DNA of 64,000 nt from an uncultured Clostridia bacterium (lineage in GTDB: Bacteria > Bacillota > Clostridia > TANB77 > CAG-508), in contig CALXMM010000002.1 in the NCBI GenBank assembly GCA_944389475.1, positions 19,483 through 83,482 on the forward strand, given 5' to 3'. Within the stretch, counting starts at the first letter, position 1. Each line of letters opens with the position of its first letter. The translations under genes and the position numbers were made by a program. The notes under the pieces were generated by a model. That model ran no database searches. It saw nothing but the letters and a program-made list of their open reading frames with translations, and was not told the origin of the DNA. This document shows positions 1 through 10,298 of the stretch, in pieces.

Positions 1-2
1 TA

Positions 3-1526
3 ATAAATCAGTTAATTCAAGATAGTCATTTATTAGTTGGATTAGACCCAGATGTAAGGCAAAAAGCAGAAGCTCGTATTAGAAAAGATATATCATCTGG
101 AATTGAGGATATTAGAATTAAATATAAATGGGGAATGCAAATCCCTGGTGTTATAATAGACCAACAATGTGAACCATATAGAACTTTAAATGAAAATGTG
201 AAAGAAAAATTATTACAAAAATTTAGCCAGAGCAATCCAAGTGATTTAAATTTAGGACAAAATGTAGAAATGATAAATTATATTGCACGAGCTACAAATA
301 TGAGCGAAGAAGAAATAGATACTGCAATAAAAAATCTTGATATAGAACGTATTCCATGTGATACAACTGTCATTTCAAGAACAGCTCAAAAATATAGTGT
401 GGCAACAGCAAATTTACAGGCATTAAAAGCTAAATCAGAAAACAATTTTGAAAGTACAAGATATGTACAAATAGATTTGGATTGTCTACCTCATACAAGA
501 GCTTATATTGAATTTGTTGATAGGAGAGATGTGTCACTTCTTTTAATAAATGGTGAAAATGGAAATATAAATAAATTAGCACTTAATGAAAATGGAGAAT
601 TGCTATCAGAAGAAGGTGTAGTGTCCAGATTGCATAATAAGAGATCAAATTATACAAAATTACCACAAGAAGTTAAAAATGAAGATAGAGTATTTGAGGT
701 ATTTTCATTGGATACAAAAAAATCTGCATTTATAGGAATTCCGGAGGACCATTCAGAACCCAAAATAGAATATAATAAGTTAAAAGTTTCTAATGGAGAA
801 ATAGTTGGAAAAATTGGAACATTTTCTGAGATGAGAGAGGAAGTTTTATCTCAAATTGTTTTAGAAGATATAAGTAAAAAAATAGAAAGCGGTAAATATT
901 CTTCTAATAAATCTCAAAAAAAAGAAGAAAGACAGGATTTTGATTCTAGATATATTTATTTTGATAATTTTATCGAAGATTATAACGCCATGGTAAAAAT
1001 ATTTGATGATGTGGATGAATCTAAAGAAGAATTACAAGATTTGACCGGAAAATTATTAGATAGAACTTTTGAAATTGACAGAATTCCACAAATTAATGAT
1101 GGAAAAAATAATGAGGCAATGAAAAAAATATATTCTGAAAAAAAAGCAAATTTACAGCAAAAATTTATTGAATTTGCAAATATAAAAAGTGAAGGATATG
1201 ATGATGAAACAGAAAGAAAATTAAGAGGAGATATAAATGGATTAATTTTCGAAATAAATCAAGGAGTAAAATCATTAATTCAAGGAAAGGATATTTCTAA
1301 ATCACAAGATGAGTTATTAAATCCGCCAAGACCCCCAAAAACTCAAACCACTGATGATGAACCAATACCTATGCAAAAAACTCAATCCAGTGCAGAGTTT
1401 TTACAAAGTGCTATTAGAGCAACAAAAAAAACAACAAGAATTAGTCAATTAAAAGAACAATTAAGAAATATGCAGGGAATAAGACAGAGAGTTAGCGAAA
1501 ATAGAGATAATCAAGAAAGGGAATAG
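3..1526 (+). CDS. Hypothetical charged protein, 5'-truncated by the window edge (C-terminal 507 codons visible)
   Basis: Frame 3 is open from nt 3 (INQLIQDSHLLVGLDPDV...) into the ORF at 135..1526. The product is rich in K/E/D with a PPRPPK segment. I recognise no family. Confidence 0.45.
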   Translation: MNQLIQDSHLLVGLDPDVRQKAEARIRKDISSGIEDIRIKYKWGMQIPGVIIDQQCEPYRTLNENVKEKLLQKFSQSNPSDLNLGQNVEMINYIARATNMSEEEIDTAIKNLDIERIPCDTTVISRTAQKYSVATANLQALKAKSENNFESTRYVQIDLDCLPHTRAYIEFVDRRDVSLLLINGENGNINKLALNENGELLSEEGVVSRLHNKRSNYTKLPQEVKNEDRVFEVFSLDTKKSAFIGIPEDHSEPKIEYNKLKVSNGEIVGKIGTFSEMREEVLSQIVLEDISKKIESGKYSSNKSQKKEERQDFDSRYIYFDNFIEDYNAMVKIFDDVDESKEELQDLTGKLLDRTFEIDRIPQINDGKNNEAMKKIYSEKKANLQQKFIEFANIKSEGYDDETERKLRGDINGLIFEINQGVKSLIQGKDISKSQDELLNPPRPPKTQTTDDEPIPMQKTQSSAEFLQSAIRATKKTTRISQLKEQLRNMQGIRQRVSENRDNQERE

Positions 1527-1538
1527 CCCTGCAATATA

Positions 1539-1568
1539 AAAGAACCACACGTAAGTGTGGTTCTTTTA
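1539..1568 (+). terminator. Rho-independent terminator
   Basis: The hairpin gaaccacac-gtaa-gtgtggttc is followed by TTTTAT. Confidence 0.6.
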
Positions 1569-1669
1569 TGCTTATATTTAAAATATTATGATATAACTTG
1601 CTGATTTTCAATTTTATTTTCCACTTTCATTTTTATAATTAATTACAATAAAAGTAATATAAATCACTT

Positions 1670-4045
1670 TTATTTTTCATTTCCTAATTTTGAAAACTTT
1701 TTTAATTTTTCATAAACTAGATAATTAATTGTACCAACTGGGAATTTTCCATCTTTATCTTTTGTTCCAGCAGGCACACCTGTTAATAACTCAATTCCTT
1801 CATCAATTGTAGATATTGCATAAATATGGAATTTTTTATTCTTCACTGCTTCGACAACTTCATCGTTCAAATGAAGATTTCTTATATTTTGAACAGGAAT
1901 TATAACTCCATGGCTACCATCTAAGCCTCTGTCAGCACAGATTTGGAAGAATCCTTCTATTTTTTCGTTAACACCACCAATTGGTTGAATTTCTCCTTTT
2001 TGGTTAACAGAACCTGTAACTGCTAAAGCTTGATTTATTGGTATTTCTGATAGGCTAGAAAGTAGGGCATATAATTCTGTACTAGAAGCACTATCACCAT
2101 CAACACCATTATAAAGTTGCTCAAAACAAATGCTTGCAGTTAAAGCAAGAGGGAAGTCTTGTGCAAATTTTTGTCCTAAAAATCCTGTAAGAATTAGAAC
2201 ACCTTTAGAATGAGAAGAACCAGAAAGGTCAACTTCACGTTCTATATCAACAATACCTTGCTTTCCCGCATAAGTATTTGCAGTTATTTTTGCTGGTTTC
2301 CCAAAAGAATAATCTCCAATAGTTAAAACTGTAAGACCATTAATTTGACCTACTTTGTAGCCAGATGTATCTATTAATAATGTATTTTCTTTAATCATTT
2401 CTAAATAATGTGAGTCATATTTTTTTACACGTTCAATTCGTTCTTTTAAAGCTTTTTGAATAAATTTATCCGTAATCAATTTAGAACGACTAAGCTTTGC
2501 CCAAGTTGCAGCTTCACCAATTATTTCTGATAAATCATTAAATCTGGTAGAGATTTTTTCTTTATCATCTGCTAAAGCAGTAGCATAATCAACAAGACTA
2601 GCCATTCCAGACCTATCAAGTTGAGGAAGACCTTCTTTTGCACAAAAGCCATGTGCAAATCTAGCTAGTTTAATCATATTTTCAGAATTACGAGGTGCAT
2701 CATCTTCAAATTCAACTTTAATTCTAAATAATTTTCTAAAATCATTATCTACTGCAAGTAAAGTATGGTATATATTACTGTTTCCAATAATAATAATTTT
2801 TACATCCAATGGAATAGGTTCAGGCTTTAAAGAAATCATTACCATAGAAGAATGTTGTTCTGATGCATTTTCTATATTTAATTCTTTTACTTTTAAAGCC
2901 TTTTTTAAAGCTTCATAGCAAAGGCTATTTTGAATAATATCATCAGCTTGGAAAATGATATAACCACCATTTGCCATATGAAGCAAGCCAGCTTTTAACA
3001 TTGTGTGGTCAGTTTTTAAAGCACCATAATAATTTTCATATTCCAATCTTCCAAATAGATTTGGGTAGGAAGTATTAGAATCCATTATAACTGGTGTACC
3101 TTCCAAATTACTATTATCAACAAATAAATTTACTCTATAATTAAGCCATGGGGCAGGTTGTTCCATTCTTGGGTTTTGAGGTTGATTGTTTTTATCATCA
3201 ACTGTAAAAGCGGAGATATTTTTTAAAATATCAGTTTTAACATCATTTAAAAATTTAGTGATTTTCTTATTTCTTTTAAATTTAGATTTTACATTGTTAA
3301 TATGAACATTAATAGTAAGTAATGCAATATTAGATTGCCATTCTTCTAATTTTTTATCAGCTTCTTTTTCTATTTCTTTTATTTCACTTATTGTTTCTAT
3401 TATTTGTTGTTGTACAATACCAGATTTATCCTCAAATTCTTTCTTTATACTTTCATCTAAATTATCAAATTCTTCTTCTTCTATTGTTTTTCCATTTAAA
3501 ACAGGCATCATATAAATACCATTTTGAGCACTTTTTACAAAGAAACCATATTTCATAGTTTTTTTATTTAAATTTTCCATTAATGCATTTCTTTTATCTT
3601 CGAATTCTTGTCTTATAAGAGTTTTCTCTTTTTCGAAATCTTCATTATTAAAAGTATTTTTTATATCAACTTTTATATCTTTAATAAAGTTATCCATAGT
3701 ATGCTTAAATTCTTTTCCTTGTCCAGCAGGAAGAGAAACAGCAATTGGTTCATTAGGTCTATCAAAATTATATATATAACACCAATCATTTGGTACTTTT
3801 TTCTTCTTAGCAATTGTATCCAAATAATTTTTGGTGTACATTGTTTTTCCAACTCCACTAGGACCTTCTATATAAATATTGTATCCTTTAACATTTACAT
3901 TAAGCCCAAATTCTAAAGCTTTTATACCACGTTCTTGACCAATTCCAGAAGTAATAGGCTCTAAATTTTCTGTGGTTTCAAAATCAAAAATATTTGGATT
4001 GCATATTACTCTTAAATCTTTGTAGTTTAATTCATTTTTTTTCAT
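1670..4045 (-). CDS. Lon-like ATP-dependent protease (COG1067-type: AAA+ module with helical insert plus C-terminal S16 peptidase domain)
   Basis: There is a Walker A motif (GPSGVGKT), a long helical insert, and a C-terminal Lon protease-like domain (GSSHSKGVLILTGFL, ALAVTGSVNQKGEIQPIGGVNEKIEGFF). Length is 791 aa. Confidence 0.75.
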   Translation of the reverse strand: MKKNELNYKDLRVICNPNIFDFETTENLEPITSGIGQERGIKALEFGLNVNVKGYNIYIEGPSGVGKTMYTKNYLDTIAKKKKVPNDWCYIYNFDRPNEPIAVSLPAGQGKEFKHTMDNFIKDIKVDIKNTFNNEDFEKEKTLIRQEFEDKRNALMENLNKKTMKYGFFVKSAQNGIYMMPVLNGKTIEEEEFDNLDESIKKEFEDKSGIVQQQIIETISEIKEIEKEADKKLEEWQSNIALLTINVHINNVKSKFKRNKKITKFLNDVKTDILKNISAFTVDDKNNQPQNPRMEQPAPWLNYRVNLFVDNSNLEGTPVIMDSNTSYPNLFGRLEYENYYGALKTDHTMLKAGLLHMANGGYIIFQADDIIQNSLCYEALKKALKVKELNIENASEQHSSMVMISLKPEPIPLDVKIIIIGNSNIYHTLLAVDNDFRKLFRIKVEFEDDAPRNSENMIKLARFAHGFCAKEGLPQLDRSGMASLVDYATALADDKEKISTRFNDLSEIIGEAATWAKLSRSKLITDKFIQKALKERIERVKKYDSHYLEMIKENTLLIDTSGYKVGQINGLTVLTIGDYSFGKPAKITANTYAGKQGIVDIEREVDLSGSSHSKGVLILTGFLGQKFAQDFPLALTASICFEQLYNGVDGDSASSTELYALLSSLSEIPINQALAVTGSVNQKGEIQPIGGVNEKIEGFFQICADRGLDGSHGVIIPVQNIRNLHLNDEVVEAVKNKKFHIYAISTIDEGIELLTGVPAGTKDKDGKFPVGTINYLVYEKLKKFSKLGNEK

Positions 4046-4107
4046 TAGTTTTCCTTCTTTCTTTAAAATATACTTAACATTTGTATATAGCTTATGACAA
4101 AAACTTG

Positions 4108-4548
4108 TTACTCAAAATTTTTTGTCATAATAATTGCATTATCTCTATGTTTATAATATTTTTTTCTGAAGCCAACTTTTTTAAAACCATATTTTAAGTA
4201 CAAATTAATTGCAGGTAAATTGTTTTCATTTACTTCTAAGGTAATAGCTTTAAAATTTTCACTTTTAGCTGTTTGTATTAGTTTTGCTAATAATTTACTA
4301 CCAATACCTGATTTTCTGTTTGTCTTTTTTACAACAATATCTGTAATATGTACATCATCTACAGATTTCCAAATTCCTGCGAAACCTAAAATATTATTAT
4401 CCATTTTGGCAACAAAATATTCTGAATTGGGATTATTCAATTCATCTTCTAAGATATCATATGTCCAAAAATCATCAAATTCATCTTTTAAAGTATCTTT
4501 TAGTAAAAATAAATCTGACTCTGTCATATTATATATTTCTAAATTCAT
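4108..4548 (-). CDS. rimI: Ribosomal-protein-alanine N-acetyltransferase (GNAT)
   Basis: It is a 146-aa GNAT-fold protein sitting directly downstream of tsaB in the canonical tsaE-tsaB-rimI arrangement. Confidence 0.75.
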   Translation of the reverse strand: MNLEIYNMTESDLFLLKDTLKDEFDDFWTYDILEDELNNPNSEYFVAKMDNNILGFAGIWKSVDDVHITDIVVKKTNRKSGIGSKLLAKLIQTAKSENFKAITLEVNENNLPAINLYLKYGFKKVGFRKKYYKHRDNAIIMTKNFE

Positions 4549-4549
4549 A

Positions 4550-5260
4550 TTAATTATCCTTTAATTTTTTTTCTAATTCTATTTCAGCACTGGATTTTTT
4601 TAAGTATAAAGGTGAAAGAGATAATTCTTCTTTTGAATTACAATTAAAGTGTTTATAAATTGCAGCTTTAGCAATTGACTTAGCACTTGAATTGTTTTCT
4701 TCATCTGTTGCTAAAGTACAATTATTAAAATTACTTTTTATTAAATTAGCAAATAATTTACTACCAGAGCCTACGAAAACAATTTTGTTACTAGAATATT
4801 TTTTTATAATATCTAAAACATTATTTATATTATCGGACATATATTTATTTATTAAAGTATAATGATTTTCATCATATTCAAATAATCCAGCATAAACATT
4901 GTCATTTTTAGCATCTATAATTGAGCATACCAAATTTCCATTTAATGGAGCAATATTATATGCCAAGCCTTCTAAGGAAGAAATACCTATAGCAGGTTTA
5001 TTATAAAAATCTCTAAAGGCACAAATAGTTGCAACACCTATTCTAATACCAGTAAAAGACCCAGGTCCTTTAGAACAAGCATATAAATCTATATCTGATA
5101 AATTAAAATCAAGACTATCAAAAGCTTTTTTTATCATAGGCATTAAATTTTCAGAATGAGTTAATTTATCTGATATAAAATCTTCATATAATATTTTTTC
5201 ATCATCCAAAATTGCAATGCTACAAATATTACTAGATGTATCTATACTTAATGTTTTCAT
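4550..5260 (-). CDS. tsaB: tRNA threonylcarbamoyladenosine biosynthesis protein TsaB (YeaZ)
   Basis: The N-terminus MKTLSIDTSSNICSIAILDD is typical of YeaZ, and the gene lies between tsaE and rimI. Confidence 0.85.
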   Translation of the reverse strand: MKTLSIDTSSNICSIAILDDEKILYEDFISDKLTHSENLMPMIKKAFDSLDFNLSDIDLYACSKGPGSFTGIRIGVATICAFRDFYNKPAIGISSLEGLAYNIAPLNGNLVCSIIDAKNDNVYAGLFEYDENHYTLINKYMSDNINNVLDIIKKYSSNKIVFVGSGSKLFANLIKSNFNNCTLATDEENNSSAKSIAKAAIYKHFNCNSKEELSLSPLYLKKSSAEIELEKKLKDN

Positions 5261-5327
5261 TTTTACACTTCCTATCTCTATAAATGAATAGATTATCTCT
5301 CGATATCTTTATTTTATATAATTTGAC

Positions 5328-5783
5328 TTAAAGATTTATGTCACAATTTAATTTATAATTGCCAAAACACTCTAAATCTAAAATACGAATATTAGAATCT
5401 TCAAAATCTCTTGAAAAAGAAACTTTTAGATATGATTTTGGTAATAGCTCTTCTATTTTTTCACCCCATTCAATTATGCAAATTCCGTTGGAAAAATACT
5501 CATCTCCACCAATTGCATAAAATTCATCAATATCTTCTAATCTGTAAACATCAAAATGATAAATAGGAAAATCGGGAGTATCATACTCATTTACTATCGT
5601 AAATGTAGGACTTGATAGTTCATCTTGTAAATTAAAATACTCAAGAAAACCTTCTGTAAATTTAGTTTTCCCAGAACCAAGTTCTCCACTTAAAACTATA
5701 ATATCTCCTTTTTTTGAATTAGAAGCTAACTTTTTGGCGAATTTTTTTGTTTCATCTTCAGAATGTGAAATAAATCTTGTCAT
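5328..5783 (-). CDS. tsaE: tRNA threonylcarbamoyladenosine biosynthesis ATPase TsaE (YjeE)
   Basis: It carries the P-loop GELGSGKT, is 151 aa, and is followed by tsaB. Confidence 0.85.
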   Translation of the reverse strand: MTRFISHSEDETKKFAKKLASNSKKGDIIVLSGELGSGKTKFTEGFLEYFNLQDELSSPTFTIVNEYDTPDFPIYHFDVYRLEDIDEFYAIGGDEYFSNGICIIEWGEKIEELLPKSYLKVSFSRDFEDSNIRILDLECFGNYKLNCDINL

Positions 5784-5810
5784 AATTTTTCTCCTTAAAA
5801 TTTTAGTTTA

Positions 5811-5963
5811 CACATATATCTGTGATTGCAAAATCAAAAGATTTTGACCACAGCTTAGTTCCACATATAGCTGTGGACGCAAAATCAAAAGATTTTGACC
5901 ACAGCTTAGTTCCACATATATCTGTGATTGCAAAATCAAAAGATTTTGACCACAGCTTAATTA
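5811..5963. repeat. Three tandem 51-bp direct repeats, each containing an imperfect palindrome (ctgtgattgcaaaatc-aaaa-gattttgaccacag)
   Basis: This is read directly from the sequence. Copies 1 and 3 are identical and copy 2 has four substitutions. The array lies in the divergent tsaE/ylmH intergenic region. Confidence 0.9.
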
Positions 5964-6076
5964 TATAAGAAAGAAAAAGGTTTGTAAAGAAAATCAAAGG
6001 CTAAATATATGGAAATTTGTAGAAAAATGTGTTAATATGTAAATATTGTATAAGACATATATTATAGGAGAAATTT

Positions 6077-6913
6077 ATGAATAAAAAAGATTTAATAGAA
6101 GGTTATAAGAAAGAAGAACAAATGCTTATTTCTAAAATGTTGGATAAAGTAGAAGAAACAAAACAGAAAAACAAAATTACTAATACTGATTTTTTGGATG
6201 AGTATCAAATGAAAATTTGCCATGATGTATTAAATAAAATTAAATATGAAAATTACATTCCTTTTGGAGGATATGAAGGAGCAGAAAGAAAGATTTTAAT
6301 TTTTTATCCGGAAAAATTAAAGTTTATAGTGAATAACTGTGTAGATGATAATCATATCTTAATAAAAAATGACAAAACTTTTTTAGATAAATTATGTGCA
6401 ATTAGAATTAGAGTTCCAAACGAATTACATGAAAAATATGTACATAAAAATTATTTGGGAATGGTAATGAAATTAGGCGTGGTAAGAGAAAAAGTAGGAG
6501 ACATCTTGGTGCAAGATATTGGTGCAGATATTATTATCCTACCAGAAATAGCTAAATATTTAATAAATAGTTTGGGGCAATTAATAAGATTAAAAAAAGC
6601 TGATATAAAAGAAATTGAAATTAATCAAGTAGAAAAAGTAGAGTCAAAAACTAAAGAATATCAGATTGTTGTAGCAGCTTTAAGATTGGATAATGTAATT
6701 GCAGAACTTGCAAGAACCTCAAGAGTGCAAGCAAAGGAAATTATTCTACAAGAAAGAGTATTTATAAATTTTAAAAATGAAACAAAATTAACAAAACAAA
6801 TAAATGAAAAAGATATAATAACTATAAGAGGAAGAGGAAGATTTAGAATACTAGAAATTATTGGAAATACTCAAAAAGGAAGGTACATAATAAAAGTAGA
6901 AAAATATGTATAA
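6077..6913 (+). CDS. ylmH: YlmH-like RNA-binding protein with a C-terminal S4 domain
   Basis: The segment FLDEYQ...GGYEGAERKILIFYPE aligns with B. subtilis YlmH. The C-terminal S4 domain reads LRLDNVIAELARTSRVQAKEII. Confidence 0.6.
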   Translation: MNKKDLIEGYKKEEQMLISKMLDKVEETKQKNKITNTDFLDEYQMKICHDVLNKIKYENYIPFGGYEGAERKILIFYPEKLKFIVNNCVDDNHILIKNDKTFLDKLCAIRIRVPNELHEKYVHKNYLGMVMKLGVVREKVGDILVQDIGADIIILPEIAKYLINSLGQLIRLKKADIKEIEINQVEKVESKTKEYQIVVAALRLDNVIAELARTSRVQAKEIILQERVFINFKNETKLTKQINEKDIITIRGRGRFRILEIIGNTQKGRYIIKVEKYV

Positions 6914-7006
6914 AATCTAAATATTTAAGAAAGAATACTTGAAAAGTATTCTTTTTTGTTATAGAATGACTTTGATCAAAAATAGGTCAAATTTTTGTAT
7001 GCCTGA

Positions 7007-8050
<1,044 letters not shown>

Positions 8051-8060
8051 TGATTAAAAT

Positions 8061-8095
8061 TTTAGAGGTTGCTTTTATAAGTAACCTCTAAAAGT
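8061..8095 (+). other. Intergenic gap-pgk hairpin (attenuator or processing structure)
   Basis: An 8-bp inverted repeat, tagaggtt...aacctcta, sits 10 nt after the gap stop codon. Confidence 0.4.
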
Positions 8096-8255
8096 CTTAA
8101 TTATCTTAAAAGAGTAAGCAAAATAATTGTAAAGGTTATATATGTGCCTTTGTATTTTAAAATTTTAAGACATATATATAGCCTTTACAATTAAGCCACT
8201 TCCGTTAGAGTGGACTATAGCTGGGCTTACCAAGTGAAGAAAAGGAGTGAAATGT

Positions 8256-9440
8256 ATGGATAAAAAAACTGTTAGAGATATAGACTTAAAAGGCAAAAAA
8301 GTAATTGAGAGATGTGATTTTAATGTACCATTATTGGATGATGGAACAATAAGGGACAACACAAGAATCGTTGCAGCATTACCAACAATAAAATATTTAT
8401 TAGAACAAAATTGTTCAATAATTTTATGCTCTCACTTAGGAAGACCAAAGGGACAAGTTGTGCCAGAATTATCAATGGCACCAGTAGCAAAAGAATTAAC
8501 TAGATTATTAGGACAAGAAGTTAAACTTGCAAAAGATGTAGTTGGTGAAGATGCTATGAGATTAGCATCAGAATTAAAACCAGGTGAAGTAATGTTACTA
8601 GAAAATGTAAGATTCGAACCAGGAGAAGAAAAAAATGACCCAGAACTTGCTGAGAAATTTGCAAGTATGGCAGAAGTATTTGTAAATGATGCTTTTGGTA
8701 CAGCACATAGAGCACATGCTTCTACAGCAGGAATTGCTGATTATTTACCTGCAGTAGCAGGATTCTTAATCGAAAAAGAATTAAAATTCTTAGGAGATGC
8801 TATAAATAATCCAAAGAGACCATTTGTTGCTATTTTAGGTGGAAAGAAAGTTTCAGATAAAATAGGAGTAATAGATAGTTTATTAGAAAAAGTAGATACA
8901 TTAATGATTGGTGGAGCTATGGCTTATACATTCTTTAAATCAATGGGATATTCAGTAGGAAATTCTATATGCGAAGAAGATAAGTTAGATTTAGCACAAA
9001 GCTTAATTGAAAAAGCAAAAAATAAAGGTGTTAAATTAATGCTACCAGTAGATACAAGAGTTGGAAAAGAAGTAAGTGAAGATACAGAAAGTAAAGTAGT
9101 AAGTTATAAAGAAATCCCAGATGGTTGGGAAGGACTAGATATAGGTTCAGAAACTATAAAAATGTATACAGATGAATTAAGAAAAGCAGCAACAGTATTA
9201 TGGAATGGACCAGTAGGAATATTCGAAATAGAACAATTTGCAGTTGGTACAAATGAAATAGCAAAAACTTTATCAGAAATAGACGCTGTTACAGTAATTG
9301 GAGGAGGAGATTCTGCAGCTGCTGTTAAGAAAGCAGGATTAGCTGATAAAATGACACATATTTCTACAGGTGGTGGAGCTTCTCTAGAATTCATAGAAGG
9401 AAAGAAATTACCAGGAATAGAGTGTTTAATGGATAAATAA
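8256..9440 (+). CDS. pgk: Phosphoglycerate kinase
   Basis: It begins [16 protein letters not shown]...CDFNVPL. An AAGGAG RBS lies 8 nt upstream of the ATG at 8256. Confidence 0.95.
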   Translation: MDKKTVRDIDLKGKKVIERCDFNVPLLDDGTIRDNTRIVAALPTIKYLLEQNCSIILCSHLGRPKGQVVPELSMAPVAKELTRLLGQEVKLAKDVVGEDAMRLASELKPGEVMLLENVRFEPGEEKNDPELAEKFASMAEVFVNDAFGTAHRAHASTAGIADYLPAVAGFLIEKELKFLGDAINNPKRPFVAILGGKKVSDKIGVIDSLLEKVDTLMIGGAMAYTFFKSMGYSVGNSICEEDKLDLAQSLIEKAKNKGVKLMLPVDTRVGKEVSEDTESKVVSYKEIPDGWEGLDIGSETIKMYTDELRKAATVLWNGPVGIFEIEQFAVGTNEIAKTLSEIDAVTVIGGGDSAAAVKKAGLADKMTHISTGGGASLEFIEGKKLPGIECLMDK

Positions 9441-9528
9441 GCTACTTCTCAAATCTTTTATTTGGAAAGCAGGCTATAGTTGGCAAAGCCAACTCCTTTA
9501 AAACAATAGAAACGAAGGGAGAAATACT

Positions 9529-10281
9529 ATGAGAAAAAAAGTAATTGCTGGTAATTGGAAAATGAATATGCTTCCAAATGAAGCCATATCATGTATAGAT
9601 GAATTATCAAAATTAGTTAAAGATACTAAAAATGAAGTTATTTTATGCGTTCCATATACAGATTTATTTTATGCATTATTAACAGCACAAAATACAAATA
9701 TAAAAATTGGAGCACAAAATATGCATTTCGAAGAAAGAGGAGCATATACAGGAGAAATATCTGGACCAATGCTAAAATCAATAGGTGTTGAATATGTTAT
9801 TATAGGGCACTCTGAAAGAAGACAATATTTTGCAGAAACAGATGAAACGGTAAATAAAAAAGTAAAAGCCGCTCATAAATATGGCTTAAAGCCAATTGTA
9901 TGTGTTGGTGAAACATTAGAGCAAAAAGAAACAGGAAAAACTGTAGAAATAATAACAAATCAAACAAGATTAGCTCTAGATGGTTTAAACAAAGAACAAG
10001 TAGAAGGAACTATAATAGCATACGAACCAATTTGGGCAATTGGAACAGGAAAGACAGCAACATCAGAAGATGCTAATAACTCTATAAAAGAAATAAGAAA
10101 AGAGATAGCAAAAAATTATGGACAGGAAACAGCTGATAGAGTTATAATACAATATGGTGGAAGCGTTAAATCTAGCAATGCAAAAGAACTATTTACTACA
10201 TCAGATATAGATGGAGGATTAGTTGGAGGAGCAAGTTTAAAAGCTGATGAATTCGCTAAAATCGTAAATTTTGATAAATAA
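9529..10281 (+). CDS. tpiA: Triosephosphate isomerase
   Basis: It has VIAGNWKMN, IIGHSERR and AYEPIWAIGTGKTAT. Confidence 0.95.
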   Translation: MRKKVIAGNWKMNMLPNEAISCIDELSKLVKDTKNEVILCVPYTDLFYALLTAQNTNIKIGAQNMHFEERGAYTGEISGPMLKSIGVEYVIIGHSERRQYFAETDETVNKKVKAAHKYGLKPIVCVGETLEQKETGKTVEIITNQTRLALDGLNKEQVEGTIIAYEPIWAIGTGKTATSEDANNSIKEIRKEIAKNYGQETADRVIIQYGGSVKSSNAKELFTTSDIDGGLVGGASLKADEFAKIVNFDK

Positions 10282-10298
10282 GGATGGTAACTGAAATG

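Noticed and set aside
1670-4045. Lon-like protease as BrxL of a BREX system
   Set aside because: No brxA/B/C, pglX or pglZ genes are adjacent. The neighbours are tsa/rimI housekeeping genes.
5811-5963. Possible CRISPR array (direct repeats)
   Set aside because: The units abut with no intervening unique spacers, only three copies are present, and no cas genes are in the window. The 27-bp array at 28132-28680 is likewise in-frame coding sequence, not CRISPR.
5803-5997. 64-aa minus-strand ORF with an internally repeated peptide
   Set aside because: It is produced by the three tandem 51-bp repeats and has no RBS. I treat it as a non-coding repeat region.
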